This document shows, piece after piece, positions 44,401-55,780 of a stretch of 64,000 bases of DNA. The notes beneath the pieces were generated by a model that searched no databases, was not told the DNA's origin, and was given only the letters and a program-made list of their open reading frames with translations. The stretch comes from Nitrospirota bacterium. Lineage in GTDB: Bacteria; Nitrospirota; JACRHJ01. The DNA lies in assembly GCA_963733375.1 (NCBI GenBank), contig CAVTDB010000008.1, positions 32,001 to 96,000 of the forward strand. Reading direction: 5' to 3'. The first letter of the stretch is position 1; each line of letters opens with the position of its first letter. A program made the translations under genes and the position numbers.

Positions 44401-45279
44401 ATATGCCATTTCGCGCCGATCGTTTTCTCACCCTTCAGGTTGCCGCGCCTTTGATGACGCTGGCCGGGACGCGGGCGTTACGCATACCCATACTCATGTA
44501 CCATAGCATTTCCAGCGATATCGAGCATGACATGCATCCTTATTGCCGGCTTGCTACAACTCCGGAGGTTTCACCCGACATATGACTTTTTTGACTAACC
44601 AGGGATATCAGTCCTTATCGCTGGATTTCGCGGTTAAGTACTTGCGCATGGAGCACGGTATTAACGAAAGCTTGCCGGTCAAACCAGTTGTCATCACATT
44701 CGACGACGGACTCCGGGATTTCTATATAAATGCGTTTCCCATCCTTAATAAATATGGTTTTTCCGCTACCGTTTTTCTTCCGGCCGCAATGATCAAAGAC
44801 AGGCCCGCAACAATCGAGAGAAAAGAACGCCTGACCTGGCAGGAGGTAAAGGCGCTTCACAAGGAAGGGATTATTTTCGGATCCCATACCATGACACATG
44901 CTCAATTGAGGACGATGTGGAAAAAGGAGATAGAGTTTGAACTGAAGTGTTCCAAGGATACGATAGAAGATAAATTGGGGACAGCGGTAGAATCTTTCTC
45001 TTATCCTTACGCATTTCCCGAAGGCTACTCGTCATTTGTTGGTTATCTTTTGAAAGCACTGAGGAAATGCGGGTATAAAAACGGCGTCAGCACGAGGATC
45101 GGCATAGCGACGCCGGAAAGGGATGACCTTTTTCTCAAGCGCATACCCGTGAATTCTGCGACGATAATGAATTATTGCATGCAAAGCTGGAGGGCGCATA
45201 CGACTGGCTGTCCTATATACAGCACGCGACCAAGTCGGTAAGTGCGAAATTGGGTTGGTGCTTAAACAGGCTCAGCTAA
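44397..45279 (+). CDS. NodB-type polysaccharide deacetylase (frameshifted)
   Basis: PILMYH, ITFDDG, GSHTMTH and FSYPY. Confidence 0.85.
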
Positions 45280-45329
45280 ATGTCTACCTGATATATCAAT
45301 CAGGTAGACGTTGATAGAAAGAGAAAACC

Positions 45330-46274
45330 ATGGCATCCATATCTATAATTATCGTCAGCTGGAATGCAAAAAAATATCTTGAAGAGTGCCTAAACTCCAT
45401 TCTTAGTTGTCCGTTGCCTTATGATACGGAGATAATAGTCGTAGATAATGCTTCGTCTGACGGCTCCCCCGATGCGGTACGAGACGAATTTCCCGGGGTC
45501 CGTCTCATACGCAATGATGATAATTATGGATTTGCAAAGGCTAACAATATAGGGATACGAGCAAGCACGGGCGACTATCTTTTTTTATCAACTCCGATGT
45601 CGTAGTAAAAGCAGGATGTTTTGAAAAGATGATCGCGTATATGGAAGGGATCCCGATATAGGTGTCCTCGGCCCCAAAATACTTAGTCCGAACGGCGCGG
45701 TTCAGCGGTCTGCATGGGGTTCCCGACCTTGTGGAACTCTTTCACCAGAGCGTTGGCGCTCGATTCGGTTTTCCCGGGAATGAAGTTATTCGGCGGACAT
45801 CTGATGACTTTCTGGCCGCACGACGATACCCGTTCCGTGGACGTGATAAATGGATGCTTTTGGGCGGTCAGGCGAAAAGCCCTGCAGGAGGTATAGCCAT
45901 TAGATGAAAGATTTTTTATCTACGGAGAGGACATGGACTGGTGCAAGAGGTTCCACGAGAAGGGGTGGAAAGTGGTCTTCTATGCTGAAGCGGAGGCCGT
46001 GCATCACGGGGGCGCGAGTTCCGCTAACGCACCCTTGAAATTCTTTATCGAAATGCAGCGGGCGGATTACATGTATTGGGAAAAGCATCATACTCGCCGG
46101 GTTGCGACCGCCTTCCTGCTTATCTGTCTTCTCCATCATATGGTCAGGTTCCTGGGCGAGGCTGCGTCATACTCATTCAGACGGCAAAGGAGGCCTGATG
46201 GAAGTTATAAAATCAGGCGCTCCCTGGCGTCAATAAAGTGGTCTTTCAATTCTTTGATTATCACGCGGCGATGA
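45330..46274 (+). CDS. GT2 glycosyltransferase (frameshifted)
   Basis: IIIVSWN, VVDNASSDGS, NYGFAKANN and EDMDWC. Confidence 0.85.
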
Positions 46275-46320
46275 ACCGGCAGCGATTCTCCGACCGCCAA
46301 CCTGTCAAGAGGCATCGAAC

Positions 46321-47189
46321 ATGATTGATTACAGATATGTGTTAATAACACCCGCAAGGAACGAGGAAACATATATTGAAAAAACGATACAGGCAGTCAT
46401 ATCGCAAACGGCCCTGCCTGAGAAATGGGTGATTGTCAGCGATGGGTCAACCGACCAGACTGAGAATGTAGTCGCGAAATATTTAAGCCGATACGGTTTT
46501 ATAGAATTGCTTAGAGTCCAGGGGGACAATGAGCGCAATTTCGGATCGAAGGTGCGGGCAATACATAAAGCCCAAGGGCTATTGACAGGCACGGAATACG
46601 AGTTCATCGGCAACCTTGATGCCGATATAACTTTTGGGGCTGATTATTATGAGTTAATACTTAATAAATTCATGGTCAATAGTCGCCTGGGTATTGCCGG
46701 CGGTTTCATACATGAAAAGGAAAAAGGAGAGTTTATCCGCCGTCCATTTAACGATACTGGCGCGGTCCCCAATGCCATCCAGCTTTTCAGGCGGGAGTGT
46801 TATGAGGAAACCGGCGGTTTTATCGCATTAAGATACGGCGGTGAAGATTCATATTCAGAAGTCATGGCGAGGGGCGCCGGCTGGGAAGTTGAGTCCTTTC
46901 CCGACATTAAAGTATTGCACCACAGACGCACGCTGACCGCGGAGGGCATCTTGAGGGAGCTTTCAGACAGGGGAAAATGGATTACGACCTTGGCAGCAGC
47001 ATTATTTTTGAGCTTCTGAAATGCATTGCCAGGACGAAGATAAAACCGTACGGAAAATATGCGGGGTACAGGTTTGCGGGTTTTATCTTCCAGATATCTC
47101 GCCAAAGGAAAAAGAGGGGTCTCCAAGGAATTTATCAAAAAACTGAGGCGCGAACAGTACAGCAAAATTATAAACATATTAAACCATAA
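46321..47189 (+). CDS. GT2 glycosyltransferase (frameshifted)
   Basis: ITPARNEE, VSDGSTD and NLDAD. Confidence 0.85.
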
Positions 47190-47239
47190 ATCAAGACTTT
47201 AGTCCCATATCAGCAGCTGGTTATTTATTTATATTATGC

Positions 47240-48544
47240 ATGGGTCTTCTCCTGCTGATATTGCCGCGCAGGTATGCGCTCATGCCGTTATTATTGAGCG
47301 GCTGCTATATGACCCTGGGACAGGCCTTTCTCATAGGGCCGTTGCATTTTTCAATATTTAGAATCATGCTACTTTTCGGTTGGATCAGGATCTTCAGGAA
47401 GAACGAACTGGCCCATATCAGACGCAACTATATTGACAAGGTCTTGATAGCGTCAACCATAGTCAGCTCGCTGATATATGTTCTCGATAGAGGGATGTCC
47501 ACTGCGTCGATAATAGATCAGCTTGGAGTAATTTATGACACGATCGGAATCTATTTTTTGCTTCGCGCACTCATATTCGGGATGGATGACATAGTCCGGG
47601 CGGTTAGGCTGTTGGAAGTCGTCATCGCCCCGCTGGCGGTGTTGTTTGCACTGGAGTACATTACCGGTAAAAATATTTTTTCGGTTTTCGGCGGCGTGCC
47701 GCAGTTTACGGAAATGCGGGATGGCGCTCTCCGCTGCCAGGGGCCGTTCAGGCATCCGATTCTTGCGGGAACTTTTGCGGCAACAGCCATGCCGCTCTTT
47801 GTCGGACTATGGGGCTACAGCCACAAAAGGCGACTGCTGGCCGTGAGCGCTATCATGGCCACCGCGGTAATAGTCTTCTGTTCGTCTTCGAGCGGGCCGA
47901 TTATCGCATACCTGACTGGCATGTTCGGTCTGTTGTTCTGGGTTTTCAGGTCTAAAATAAAGATTATCTTATGGGGCTTGTTGTTAATGATAATAGGCCT
48001 GCAGATGACCATGAATGCGCCAGTATGGCACGTGATAGGCAGTATGAGCGATTTGATTGGAATGGGCACGGGATGGTACCGTTCAAGGCTTATAGATGCC
48101 GCCGTCGAGCATTTTAATGAATGGTGGCTGATGGGCACTACTTATACAGCAAACTGGATGCCGGCTGCGGGACTCGGTTTTAATCCGAATAATATTGATG
48201 CCAATAGCGCGGATATAACGAACCAGTTTATAGCCGAAGGGATCAGGGGAGGGCTTACGTCTCTGCTTCTGTTCATCTGGCTTATAATCAAATGTTTTAA
48301 AACCGCCGGAAAAGGAGTCAATGGTAAAACCAATTTTTTAATCAACGAGCGGTTTATAATATGGACAATCGGCTGCGCACTGCTCACCCATATCGCATCC
48401 TTTATCTCGGTAACTTACTTCGATCAGATCATTATCTTCTGGTACATGCTTATAGCCATGATTGCCGCGTTGGCTAACTCCGTGGCTCCTGTCAAAAAGC
48501 GCTGGGCTTATTGTCTGTATTATGCCCAGCAATCCAGTCCGTAA
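47240..48544 (+). CDS. O-antigen ligase/Wzy-like polymerase
   Basis: Polytopic membrane protein with RCQGPFRHPILAG and DITNQF; true start may lie upstream. Confidence 0.7.
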   Translation: MGLLLLILPRRYALMPLLLSGCYMTLGQAFLIGPLHFSIFRIMLLFGWIRIFRKNELAHIRRNYIDKVLIASTIVSSLIYVLDRGMSTASIIDQLGVIYDTIGIYFLLRALIFGMDDIVRAVRLLEVVIAPLAVLFALEYITGKNIFSVFGGVPQFTEMRDGALRCQGPFRHPILAGTFAATAMPLFVGLWGYSHKRRLLAVSAIMATAVIVFCSSSSGPIIAYLTGMFGLLFWVFRSKIKIILWGLLLMIIGLQMTMNAPVWHVIGSMSDLIGMGTGWYRSRLIDAAVEHFNEWWLMGTTYTANWMPAAGLGFNPNNIDANSADITNQFIAEGIRGGLTSLLLFIWLIIKCFKTAGKGVNGKTNFLINERFIIWTIGCALLTHIASFISVTYFDQIIIFWYMLIAMIAALANSVAPVKKRWAYCLYYAQQSSP

Positions 48545-48574
48545 ACGTGAAATGCAGGGAATATCCAAATAATT

Positions 48575-50019
48575 ATGGGGAAAACCGTCAATTTAATCCT
48601 GAAAAATTCAACCGCGCTTGTCGTCGGCAGGTTGATTGCGAAAGCCATAACATTTTGCTTCGTGTTTATAACTGCGCGGTATTTGGGAGTCGGAGGGTAT
48701 GGACAGCTGTCGTTCGCCCTTTCCCTGACGGGTCTTATCGCGGTTTTTCTGGATATGGGCACGTCACAGCATGGTATCCGTGAGCTTGCAAGGACACCGT
48801 CAAAAGCATCCCAATATCTAAGCAATGTGCTGTTCCTAAGGTTTTGCCTAGTATTTCTCGCGCTGAGTGTAATGGCCGCTTTCTTTTTGTTTACCAATCG
48901 CCTTACCAACCAGTCGCTGATCCTCATCCTGTCGATTTCAATAGCGTTAGGAGCCTTTTCCGGGGTGCCGAGTATTATTTTTCAAGCGACCCAGCGGATG
49001 GAGTTCGACGCATTCCGCGAAATACTTAAAGCGGTCTTGCTGCTTTCAACCGGGTTTATCGCTATTAAGCTCGGCAAGGGCGTATTGGGGATTGCCGTTG
49101 CGTACGTTGCGGTTGCTATTTTCGACCTGATATTTTCCTACTTGATTTTGAAAAAATATTTCCCTGGCTTGTCGATCAAAATAAGCTCGCAATCTGCAAA
49201 GACGATTCTAAAAGGGAGTATACCGTTAGCGCTATTGGTCATGAACACGCAGGTTTATTCAAGGGTTGATATATTCATGCTTCAAGCATTGGATACAACT
49301 AAAGCTGTAGGCTTTTACAATGCGGCATATCGGTTTGTCGATACTTCGCTGATGTTTTCCGGGGCCTTCTGCATGGCGTTATATCCGGTGCTTACAAAAC
49401 TGGCCCATGAAACGGGAGACGCATTCGACCGTTACATGAACAGCTCTTTAAAACTGCTAAGCTACAGCGGCCTGTTCCTTGGGTTAGGCGTTTTTTTTGC
49501 CTCGGATACAATAATCCATATAGTGTTCGGCAGCGCCTTTGCTGAATCCTCAAGGGCCCTGAGAGTGCTTGTATGGGCGAACGCGGTCATGTTCATTGGA
49601 GGGTTTCTTGCTACCAGCATGATAGCGATAAATAAACAATGGCTTAATTTTGGTTACGGTTTGGGTCAGATACTTGTAAACGTAATTCTGGATTGGATTT
49701 TTATTTCACGGTACGGTTTTGTCGGCGCGGCGGTGGGGACGTTGCTGGCGGAGCTGTTTTACGTAGTGCTGGTATTGTCTTATCTTAGGTTCGGAAGAAA
49801 GACCAGGGTGGATTTGACCAGGGTCTTTCTTGTACCGTTAGGCGCCGCGAGCGCGGTCATGTTGATTGATGGTTATTGCCTGTTGCAATCAAGACGTCCT
49901 ACCTGGGCTTAATGATGACGCTGCCTTTGTACAGCCTCGCCGTATATGTTCTTGGCATTAAAAAAGAAGAAAAACAAATGCTTTTTGGGCTGCTCGCGCC
50001 GCGTCGGGCAGACTGATAA
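48575..50019 (+). CDS. Wzx-type flippase (C-terminal frameshift)
   Basis: ARYLGVGGYG, DMG, RVDIFML..VGFYNAAYR and YGFVGAA. Confidence 0.88.
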
Positions 50020-50033
50020 AAGGAGAAGGTAAA

Positions 50034-50966
50034 ATGACCGACATTAATCAATCGGAGAAACCTCTCGTAAGCGTCATTATGCCGAACTACAACAAAGAGG
50101 GATTTATTGCCGAGGCAATCAGGGGCATTCAAAACCAGTCCTATGAAAATTTAGAGTTAATAATCGTCGATGACGTTTCAACGGACGGGTCATTAAAAGC
50201 TATGAAAAGAGCGGCCGCGGGAGACAGCAGAATAAAAATATTCTCGCAAGCGAGGAATATGGGAGCGGCCGCCGCGCGCAATACGGGCCTTAAGAACTCC
50301 AGGGGGGATTGCATAGGGTTTTGTGATTCTGACGATATCTGGCTTCCGGAGAAACTGGATATTCAGATGGGAGCTCTCAAACGAAACCCTGGAATTGATG
50401 TCGTACATGGTGATTCATTAATAATAGATGCCGCAGGTAACCTGACCGGGGAAAAGTTCAGCTCCATATACGCCACCGAAAAGAGAAACAAGAACGGTTT
50501 CATATTCAATGACCTGATACGTACGAATTATATCTCGACATCGACAGTATTATTCAGAAGGGCCTGTGTTGAAAACCTCGTACTTTTTCCGGAGAATATG
50601 AAATGGCTGGAAGACTGGATATATATGTTAAGACTCGCGTACAAATGCAAGTTCCTCTATTTCAAGAAGCCGGTGGTCAAATATCGTGTTTACGAGGGGA
50701 ACAGTATGCATGACGTTGAAAATTACGATAAATCGAGGTTATCCGCATATCCGATGCTCCTGTCCGAATTTCCGTCATTGGATGAAAATATTAAGGCATT
50801 CCTGCATCAAAGGATGGGGCGTGTTTTGCTTGGGCTCAGTCGCCCTGTTGAAAGCAGGCGGTATTTGCTGAAGTCTTTGGTTAAGCGTCCCTTCAGCCCG
50901 AAGACTCTTGGCTACTACTTCTTAAGCTTTCTCCTTCGCTCAAAACAGCAGATTGCCGCAGGCTGA
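50034..50966 (+). CDS. GT2 glycosyltransferase
   Basis: VSVIMPNYN, VDDVSTD, ARNTG and FCDSDD. Confidence 0.92.
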   Translation: MTDINQSEKPLVSVIMPNYNKEGFIAEAIRGIQNQSYENLELIIVDDVSTDGSLKAMKRAAAGDSRIKIFSQARNMGAAAARNTGLKNSRGDCIGFCDSDDIWLPEKLDIQMGALKRNPGIDVVHGDSLIIDAAGNLTGEKFSSIYATEKRNKNGFIFNDLIRTNYISTSTVLFRRACVENLVLFPENMKWLEDWIYMLRLAYKCKFLYFKKPVVKYRVYEGNSMHDVENYDKSRLSAYPMLLSEFPSLDENIKAFLHQRMGRVLLGLSRPVESRRYLLKSLVKRPFSPKTLGYYFLSFLLRSKQQIAAG

Positions 50967-50994
50967 AATTTGCGGACAAAGAAGGAGACCCATA

Positions 50995-52498
50995 ATGGCA
51001 AAGCATAAAAGTTATTTAACGTTGCTAGCGGCGATATTTGTTTTTTTTGCTATGGGCGTCTCTAATGCGTTCTCGTCAGCCTATTATGTCGATTTTGCAA
51101 ACGGCAACGATTCAAATGCGGGAACATCCACGGCAGCGCCGTGGGTGCATTGCCCTGGGGACCCGAAAGCCGCCGGCAACCCCGCCGGCGTTACGTTGTC
51201 GCCCGGTGATAAAATTTTCTTTAAAGGCGGCGTCCAGTATAACGGACAGGTGAACGTAAAGTGGTCCGGCTCCAGCGGGAATACGATAACTTACGACGGC
51301 AACTCGGCAGGTAACTGGGGGGCCGGCCATGCGATAATCGATGCGCAAGCAAAGAGAAGTTATTGTTTTGATTTTCCTTCCGCCAGAAATTATATCACTA
51401 TAAACAATTTTGAACTAAGGAACGGTCCAACTATCCGGCGCTCCCAGAATGATATACGCGCACAACGCGTCTTCCTATGTTGAAGTTGCCAACTGCGTCA
51501 TACATAATACCGGCAATCCAGCCCCTTCGGTTACAAGCGGCATGGGGATCTGGGCCAATGGCTCATATTGGCGAATCCATAATAATCTGATGTACGATTG
51601 CTATGACACTGCAATTTATTTAATAAACGGCGCGTCTTATAACCAGGTATATAACAACGAATTCCATGACAAGATAAGATGGGGGGTCGTCGTTAAATCA
51701 GATTCGGGCGCGACCATTCAAACAGACAATTCAATACACGACAATTACTTCCATGACATTTATTATTATGACGGCCGGGGCCCGCATACCGATTGGATAT
51801 TTCTTAGCCTGACAACGAACGGCCAGATAAATAACACTAAAATTTATAATAATTCATGCACAAATTCGAAGACTTTTGCCGACTACGGAGGCACTGCGAT
51901 TGTGTACATAGAAAACTCGGGAGACAATAGCTCCGGCGGCACCATAAACAATACTCTGGTTTACAATAATGCAATCCGAAACCCGCATGAGTATTATGCG
52001 GCCGATGTCCATGCCACGGGAGGCAATATCCTAAATACGTACTTCTATAACAACTCTTTTTATAGTTCAAGAGGATGCGCCATGCTTTATGCCGATACTT
52101 TCGGTACTCCTTGCACGATTAACGGGTTAACTTTAATGAATAACGTGTGGGCTGAATCGAACCATATCATAATGTGGCTGAATGGAAATGTAAGAAATAT
52201 CGCCATCAACTATAACAGCTATTACTCAAGCTTTCCTTCGCCGTTTAAGATCCAAAGCACGCATTATTCCTGGAGGAACTGGAGAGATTTGGGATATGAC
52301 GCGAACAGTTCGGGACCTCAATCGGTCCCTATGTATGTTAATGCGGCAGATATGACAGGCAACCTGTCGCTGCGCGCCGGCTCGCCCGCGATCGGCGCGG
52401 GGACCAATCTGTCTTCGGTATTTAAAACGGATAAGGACAACTCCCCGCGCCCGCAAAGCGGCATGTGGTGCATGGGGGCGTATGAGTTCAATCCATAA
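50995..52498 (+). CDS. secreted right-handed beta-helix protein (frameshift near 51445)
   Basis: Signal peptide; YYVD..GNDSNAGTS..PW; Asn-rich repeats; SPAIGAG..D....RP..W.MGAYE tail. Confidence 0.75.
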
Positions 52499-52640
52499 TG
52501 GCGGGAGTTCCCGCGATGATTTTTCGTTGATTTATAAAAGCATTCTTGTATAATATCCCAAGCAAGAGCTAAGGCAATCCCTTCTTAGAAGCACGCACTA
52601 CCCTTTAGTATATCGGGTTTGTAAGCAGCTTGGAATTATA

Positions 52641-52675
52641 AAGCCTGTCTCTGGCAACGGGGATGGGCTTTTTTT
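52641..52675 (+). terminator. intrinsic terminator with GCAA loop
   Basis: AAGCCTGTCTCTG-GCAA-CGGGGATGGGCTT followed by a T run. Confidence 0.75.
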
Positions 52676-52711
52676 ATACTCGCGCTTCTGGCGCTCCGGC
52701 AGGATTAGAAC

Positions 52712-53383
52712 ATGATTAAAAAGAACATGGTAACCATGGAAAAACGGGAATTAAAAAGCGAGTTTCTGGATAAATTCCCGGATTTTAGCAAAATGCCCGA
52801 TGCGCTGGTGGATAAGATACTCCAAAGCGCATGCCGCCGGGTTATACCAAAAGGCCGGTATGTATGCAGGGAAGGCGAATTCAGTCAATCGTTCGCATTC
52901 TTCATGTCGGGCGAAGTCAGGGTTTTCAAGGATGGGATAGACGGCCGGGAGATAACTCTTTACGAGGTAGGACCGGGCGAAACCTGTATTATAAATGCGC
53001 TATGCATACTCTCCAAAATGTGCGCCCCCGCCAATGGGATAACGCAGACGGCGTGTGACGCGATACTCTTGCCGGCCCCGTTGTTTCGCAACCTTGCCGA
53101 GAAACACGGCGTGCTGAGGGAATATGTCTTCGGCGTCCTGGCCAACAAATTCGTGAACATAATAGCCCTGGTCGAAGAAGTCGCATTCGAACATATAGAC
53201 GAAAGGCTTATGGAATACCTGGTGGAAAAATCCGAGGACGGCGTTTTGCACGTCACCCATCGAAAAATAGCGAGCGACCTCGGCACTTCAAGAGAGGTCG
53301 TAAGCCGCCTGCTGAAAGACTTCGAAAGAAAGGGCCGGCTTGGCCTGTCAAGAACCTTTATACGCCTGACTGACACCCAGTAA
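52712..53383 (+). CDS. Crp/Fnr family transcriptional regulator
   Basis: GREITLY..GPGETC; HTH THRKIASDLGTSREVVSRLLK. Confidence 0.92.
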   Translation: MIKKNMVTMEKRELKSEFLDKFPDFSKMPDALVDKILQSACRRVIPKGRYVCREGEFSQSFAFFMSGEVRVFKDGIDGREITLYEVGPGETCIINALCILSKMCAPANGITQTACDAILLPAPLFRNLAEKHGVLREYVFGVLANKFVNIIALVEEVAFEHIDERLMEYLVEKSEDGVLHVTHRKIASDLGTSREVVSRLLKDFERKGRLGLSRTFIRLTDTQ

Positions 53384-53400
53384 TCTCCCATCCTCCGGTT

Positions 53401-53483
53401 TGTGACTTACGTCACAGATAACGTGTGACTTGAAGCACAGACGCATACCCGCGTTTATGTATAATGCCGTGACTTATGTCACA
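53401..53483. promoter_or_regulatory. three CRP-type boxes around a -10 element
   Basis: TGTGA-N6-TCACA (53401-53416), TGTGA-N6-GCACA (53424-53439), CGTGA-N6-TCACA (53468-53483); TATAAT at 53460-53465. Confidence 0.8.
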
Positions 53484-53549
53484 GACGGCGCCAATATGCG
53501 AGGCGCTCATAAACTCAACGCTGATAACGGGAATTAAGGAGGAAACGAG

Positions 53550-53789
53550 ATGCCTGAAGTAACGATTGACCGTACAATAGACGCACGCGGTGCGGCCTGT
53601 CCGGGTCCGACGATGGAACTGATAAAGGCTATGAAAGCGGCGGAGGTCGGGGCGGTGGTAGAAGTTCTGTCGTCCGATAAAATGACCACCGTCGACGGTG
53701 CGGCATGGCTGAACAAAGTAGGGCAGGAGATGGTGGCAGCCAGCGACAAAGGGGGCTACTGGAGCATAATCGCAAAAAAAATCAAATAG
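53550..53789 (+). CDS. TusA-family sulfur carrier
   Basis: IDARGAACPGP motif. Confidence 0.9.
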   Translation: MPEVTIDRTIDARGAACPGPTMELIKAMKAAEVGAVVEVLSSDKMTTVDGAAWLNKVGQEMVAASDKGGYWSIIAKKIK

Positions 53790-53805
53790 GAAATGGAAAT
53801 AAAAA

Positions 53806-54945
53806 ATGTCTAAGAGAATTGTAATAATCGGAGGGGGGTCCGCGGGTACGATTACCGCCAACACCGTCGCAAGGAACCTTTACCGGCAGCTCGTCAATGG
53901 CAGCGTAATCATCAACATGATTACGGACAAGCCGGACCACGTATACCAGCCTGGACTTCTCTACGTCGTCTTCGACAAGATGCGCGCGGACGAGATAGTA
54001 AGAAGGCAAAAAGACCTGCTTGACCAGCACATCAACCTGTTTGTAGACCCCGCGGTAAAGATCGACAGGGATAACAAGGTCGTGTATACCGCGAGCGGAA
54101 AGCAATTTCCGTACGACTATCTCGTCATTGCCACAGGGTCGAAGATCGTGCCCGAAGAGATCCCGGGGCTGAAAGAGGGAGCACACTGGTTCTACGACCT
54201 GGAAGGCGCGAAGAAACTACGCCAGGCCTTGTTGGATTTCAAAGGAGGAAGGATCGCCATCACCATCGGCGTCCCGCACAAATGTCCGGTAGCCCCGCTC
54301 GAAATCACGTTCATGCTCCATGAATACTTCAAGCAGAAGGGCATGCTCGACAAGGTGGAGCTTTTTTATACCTATCCGATCAACAGGCTGCACTCAATCC
54401 AGTCTCTGGCGGACTGGGCGGTCCCGGAGTTCGAGAAGAAGGGCATCAAGTACGAGACCTTCTTCAATATGGAAGAGATAGACCCGGTAAATAAGGTCGT
54501 ACGGTCCATGGAGGGCAGCGAACTGAGCTACGACCTCCTCATAGCCGTACCGCCGCACAAGGGCGCTCAGGTCGTTACGGATTCCGGGCTCGGAAAAGAC
54601 GGGTGGATTGTAACGGATAAAAAGACCCTGCGTAACGAAGGCTACAAAAACGTGTATGTAGTCGGGGATACGACCGACCTCCCCATAAGCAAGGCGGGCT
54701 CGACAGCCCATTTCGAGTCACACGTCGTTGCGGACAGGCTTTCATCCGAAATACTTGAAAACAGCACCGGCGCGGAGTACGACGGCAAGGTCATATGTTT
54801 CGTCGAGACGGCGTTCGACCAGGCGACGTATATATGGTTCGATTACCAGAACCCGCCCACCCCGGCGCCTCCCTCAAAAATGATCCACTGGATGAAACTG
54901 GGATACAACAGGCTTTACTGGCTTTCCGCGAGGGGTATATTATAA
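53806..54945 (+). CDS. sqr: sulfide:quinone oxidoreductase-like flavoprotein (short type)
   Basis: GGGSAG, HVYQPG, KCPVAPLE, SKAGSTAH and YDGKVICF. Confidence 0.8.
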   Translation: MSKRIVIIGGGSAGTITANTVARNLYRQLVNGSVIINMITDKPDHVYQPGLLYVVFDKMRADEIVRRQKDLLDQHINLFVDPAVKIDRDNKVVYTASGKQFPYDYLVIATGSKIVPEEIPGLKEGAHWFYDLEGAKKLRQALLDFKGGRIAITIGVPHKCPVAPLEITFMLHEYFKQKGMLDKVELFYTYPINRLHSIQSLADWAVPEFEKKGIKYETFFNMEEIDPVNKVVRSMEGSELSYDLLIAVPPHKGAQVVTDSGLGKDGWIVTDKKTLRNEGYKNVYVVGDTTDLPISKAGSTAHFESHVVADRLSSEILENSTGAEYDGKVICFVETAFDQATYIWFDYQNPPTPAPPSKMIHWMKLGYNRLYWLSARGIL

Positions 54946-55629
54946 ATGGAATACGCTGCCAAGACATTGACTGAAATGCTCTCCGAGCCCAAGACTATGG
55001 ATGCGTTGACGCACCTTTTAGACAGCTTGACAAAGCTTCATGAGGATGGCGCCCTCGACTCCTTTATAGAGACAGTCCAGACCATTTCCACGATGAAGGA
55101 CCAGCCCCTGGATGCGGTGGTGAAGCAGGACTCCAACATGTCGCAGATATCCGACGTCATATCCTTCATGACCAACTCGGTCAACGATAAGATGTTAGAG
55201 CACAATGCGGAGATGATGGGAGAACTGCTGGTCATCGCAAACGAAGCCGCCGACCCCTGCATGGTAGACGCGATCAGGGAACTGAAAAGGCTCCAGAAGT
55301 CGGGGAACTTAAAAACCCTCTCGGAGGCGTCCGACATGGTGGCTTTCATGTCCAACGCCGTGACGGATACGATGGTCCAGCGGTTGACGACCCTTATCGC
55401 CGCGTTCGTCGAAGAGGTATCCACGCCGCATGTTCAGGACAGCTTGATAAGCATGACGAAATGCCTGTCCATGACGGTCCAGGAGTTCGCGGTAACCCCG
55501 CCAAAGCCGGGCCTGAAAAGTATGATGAAGGTCATGAAGGACCCTGAAGTCCAGCAGGGGATCATTTTCATGTCTACGCTCGCAAAAAACATGCACAGGT
55601 GCATGATAGATACGTATTCGGGCGAATAG
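54946..55629 (+). CDS. DUF1641-type helical protein
   Basis: C-terminal PPKPGLKSMMKVMKDPEVQQG; follows the SQR-like gene. Confidence 0.7.
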   Translation: MEYAAKTLTEMLSEPKTMDALTHLLDSLTKLHEDGALDSFIETVQTISTMKDQPLDAVVKQDSNMSQISDVISFMTNSVNDKMLEHNAEMMGELLVIANEAADPCMVDAIRELKRLQKSGNLKTLSEASDMVAFMSNAVTDTMVQRLTTLIAAFVEEVSTPHVQDSLISMTKCLSMTVQEFAVTPPKPGLKSMMKVMKDPEVQQGIIFMSTLAKNMHRCMIDTYSGE

Positions 55630-55650
55630 AACATCAATTCGGGACCATTC

Positions 55651-55688
55651 AAAGGGGTTACGCTTAAGTCGGCGTAACCCCTTTTTTT
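55651..55688 (+). terminator. intrinsic terminator
   Basis: AAAGGGGTTACGC...GCGTAACCCCTTTTTTT. Confidence 0.85.
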
Positions 55689-55750
55689 GCGGAAAAGCCG
55701 TTATTTATCCTGAAAAAGTGTTGACAGGGAGTAAATGGGCGTGATAAAAG

Positions 55751-55764
55751 AATGAACGTTCATT
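55751..55764. promoter_or_regulatory. TetR operator
   Basis: Perfect palindrome AATGAACGTTCATT upstream of tetR. Confidence 0.7.
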
Positions 55765-55780
55765 TTACTTGAGGTGACCG

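Noticed and set aside
53401-53483. Short repeats as a mini CRISPR array
   Set aside because: 16-bp palindromes with irregular spacing match CRP boxes; no cas genes in the window
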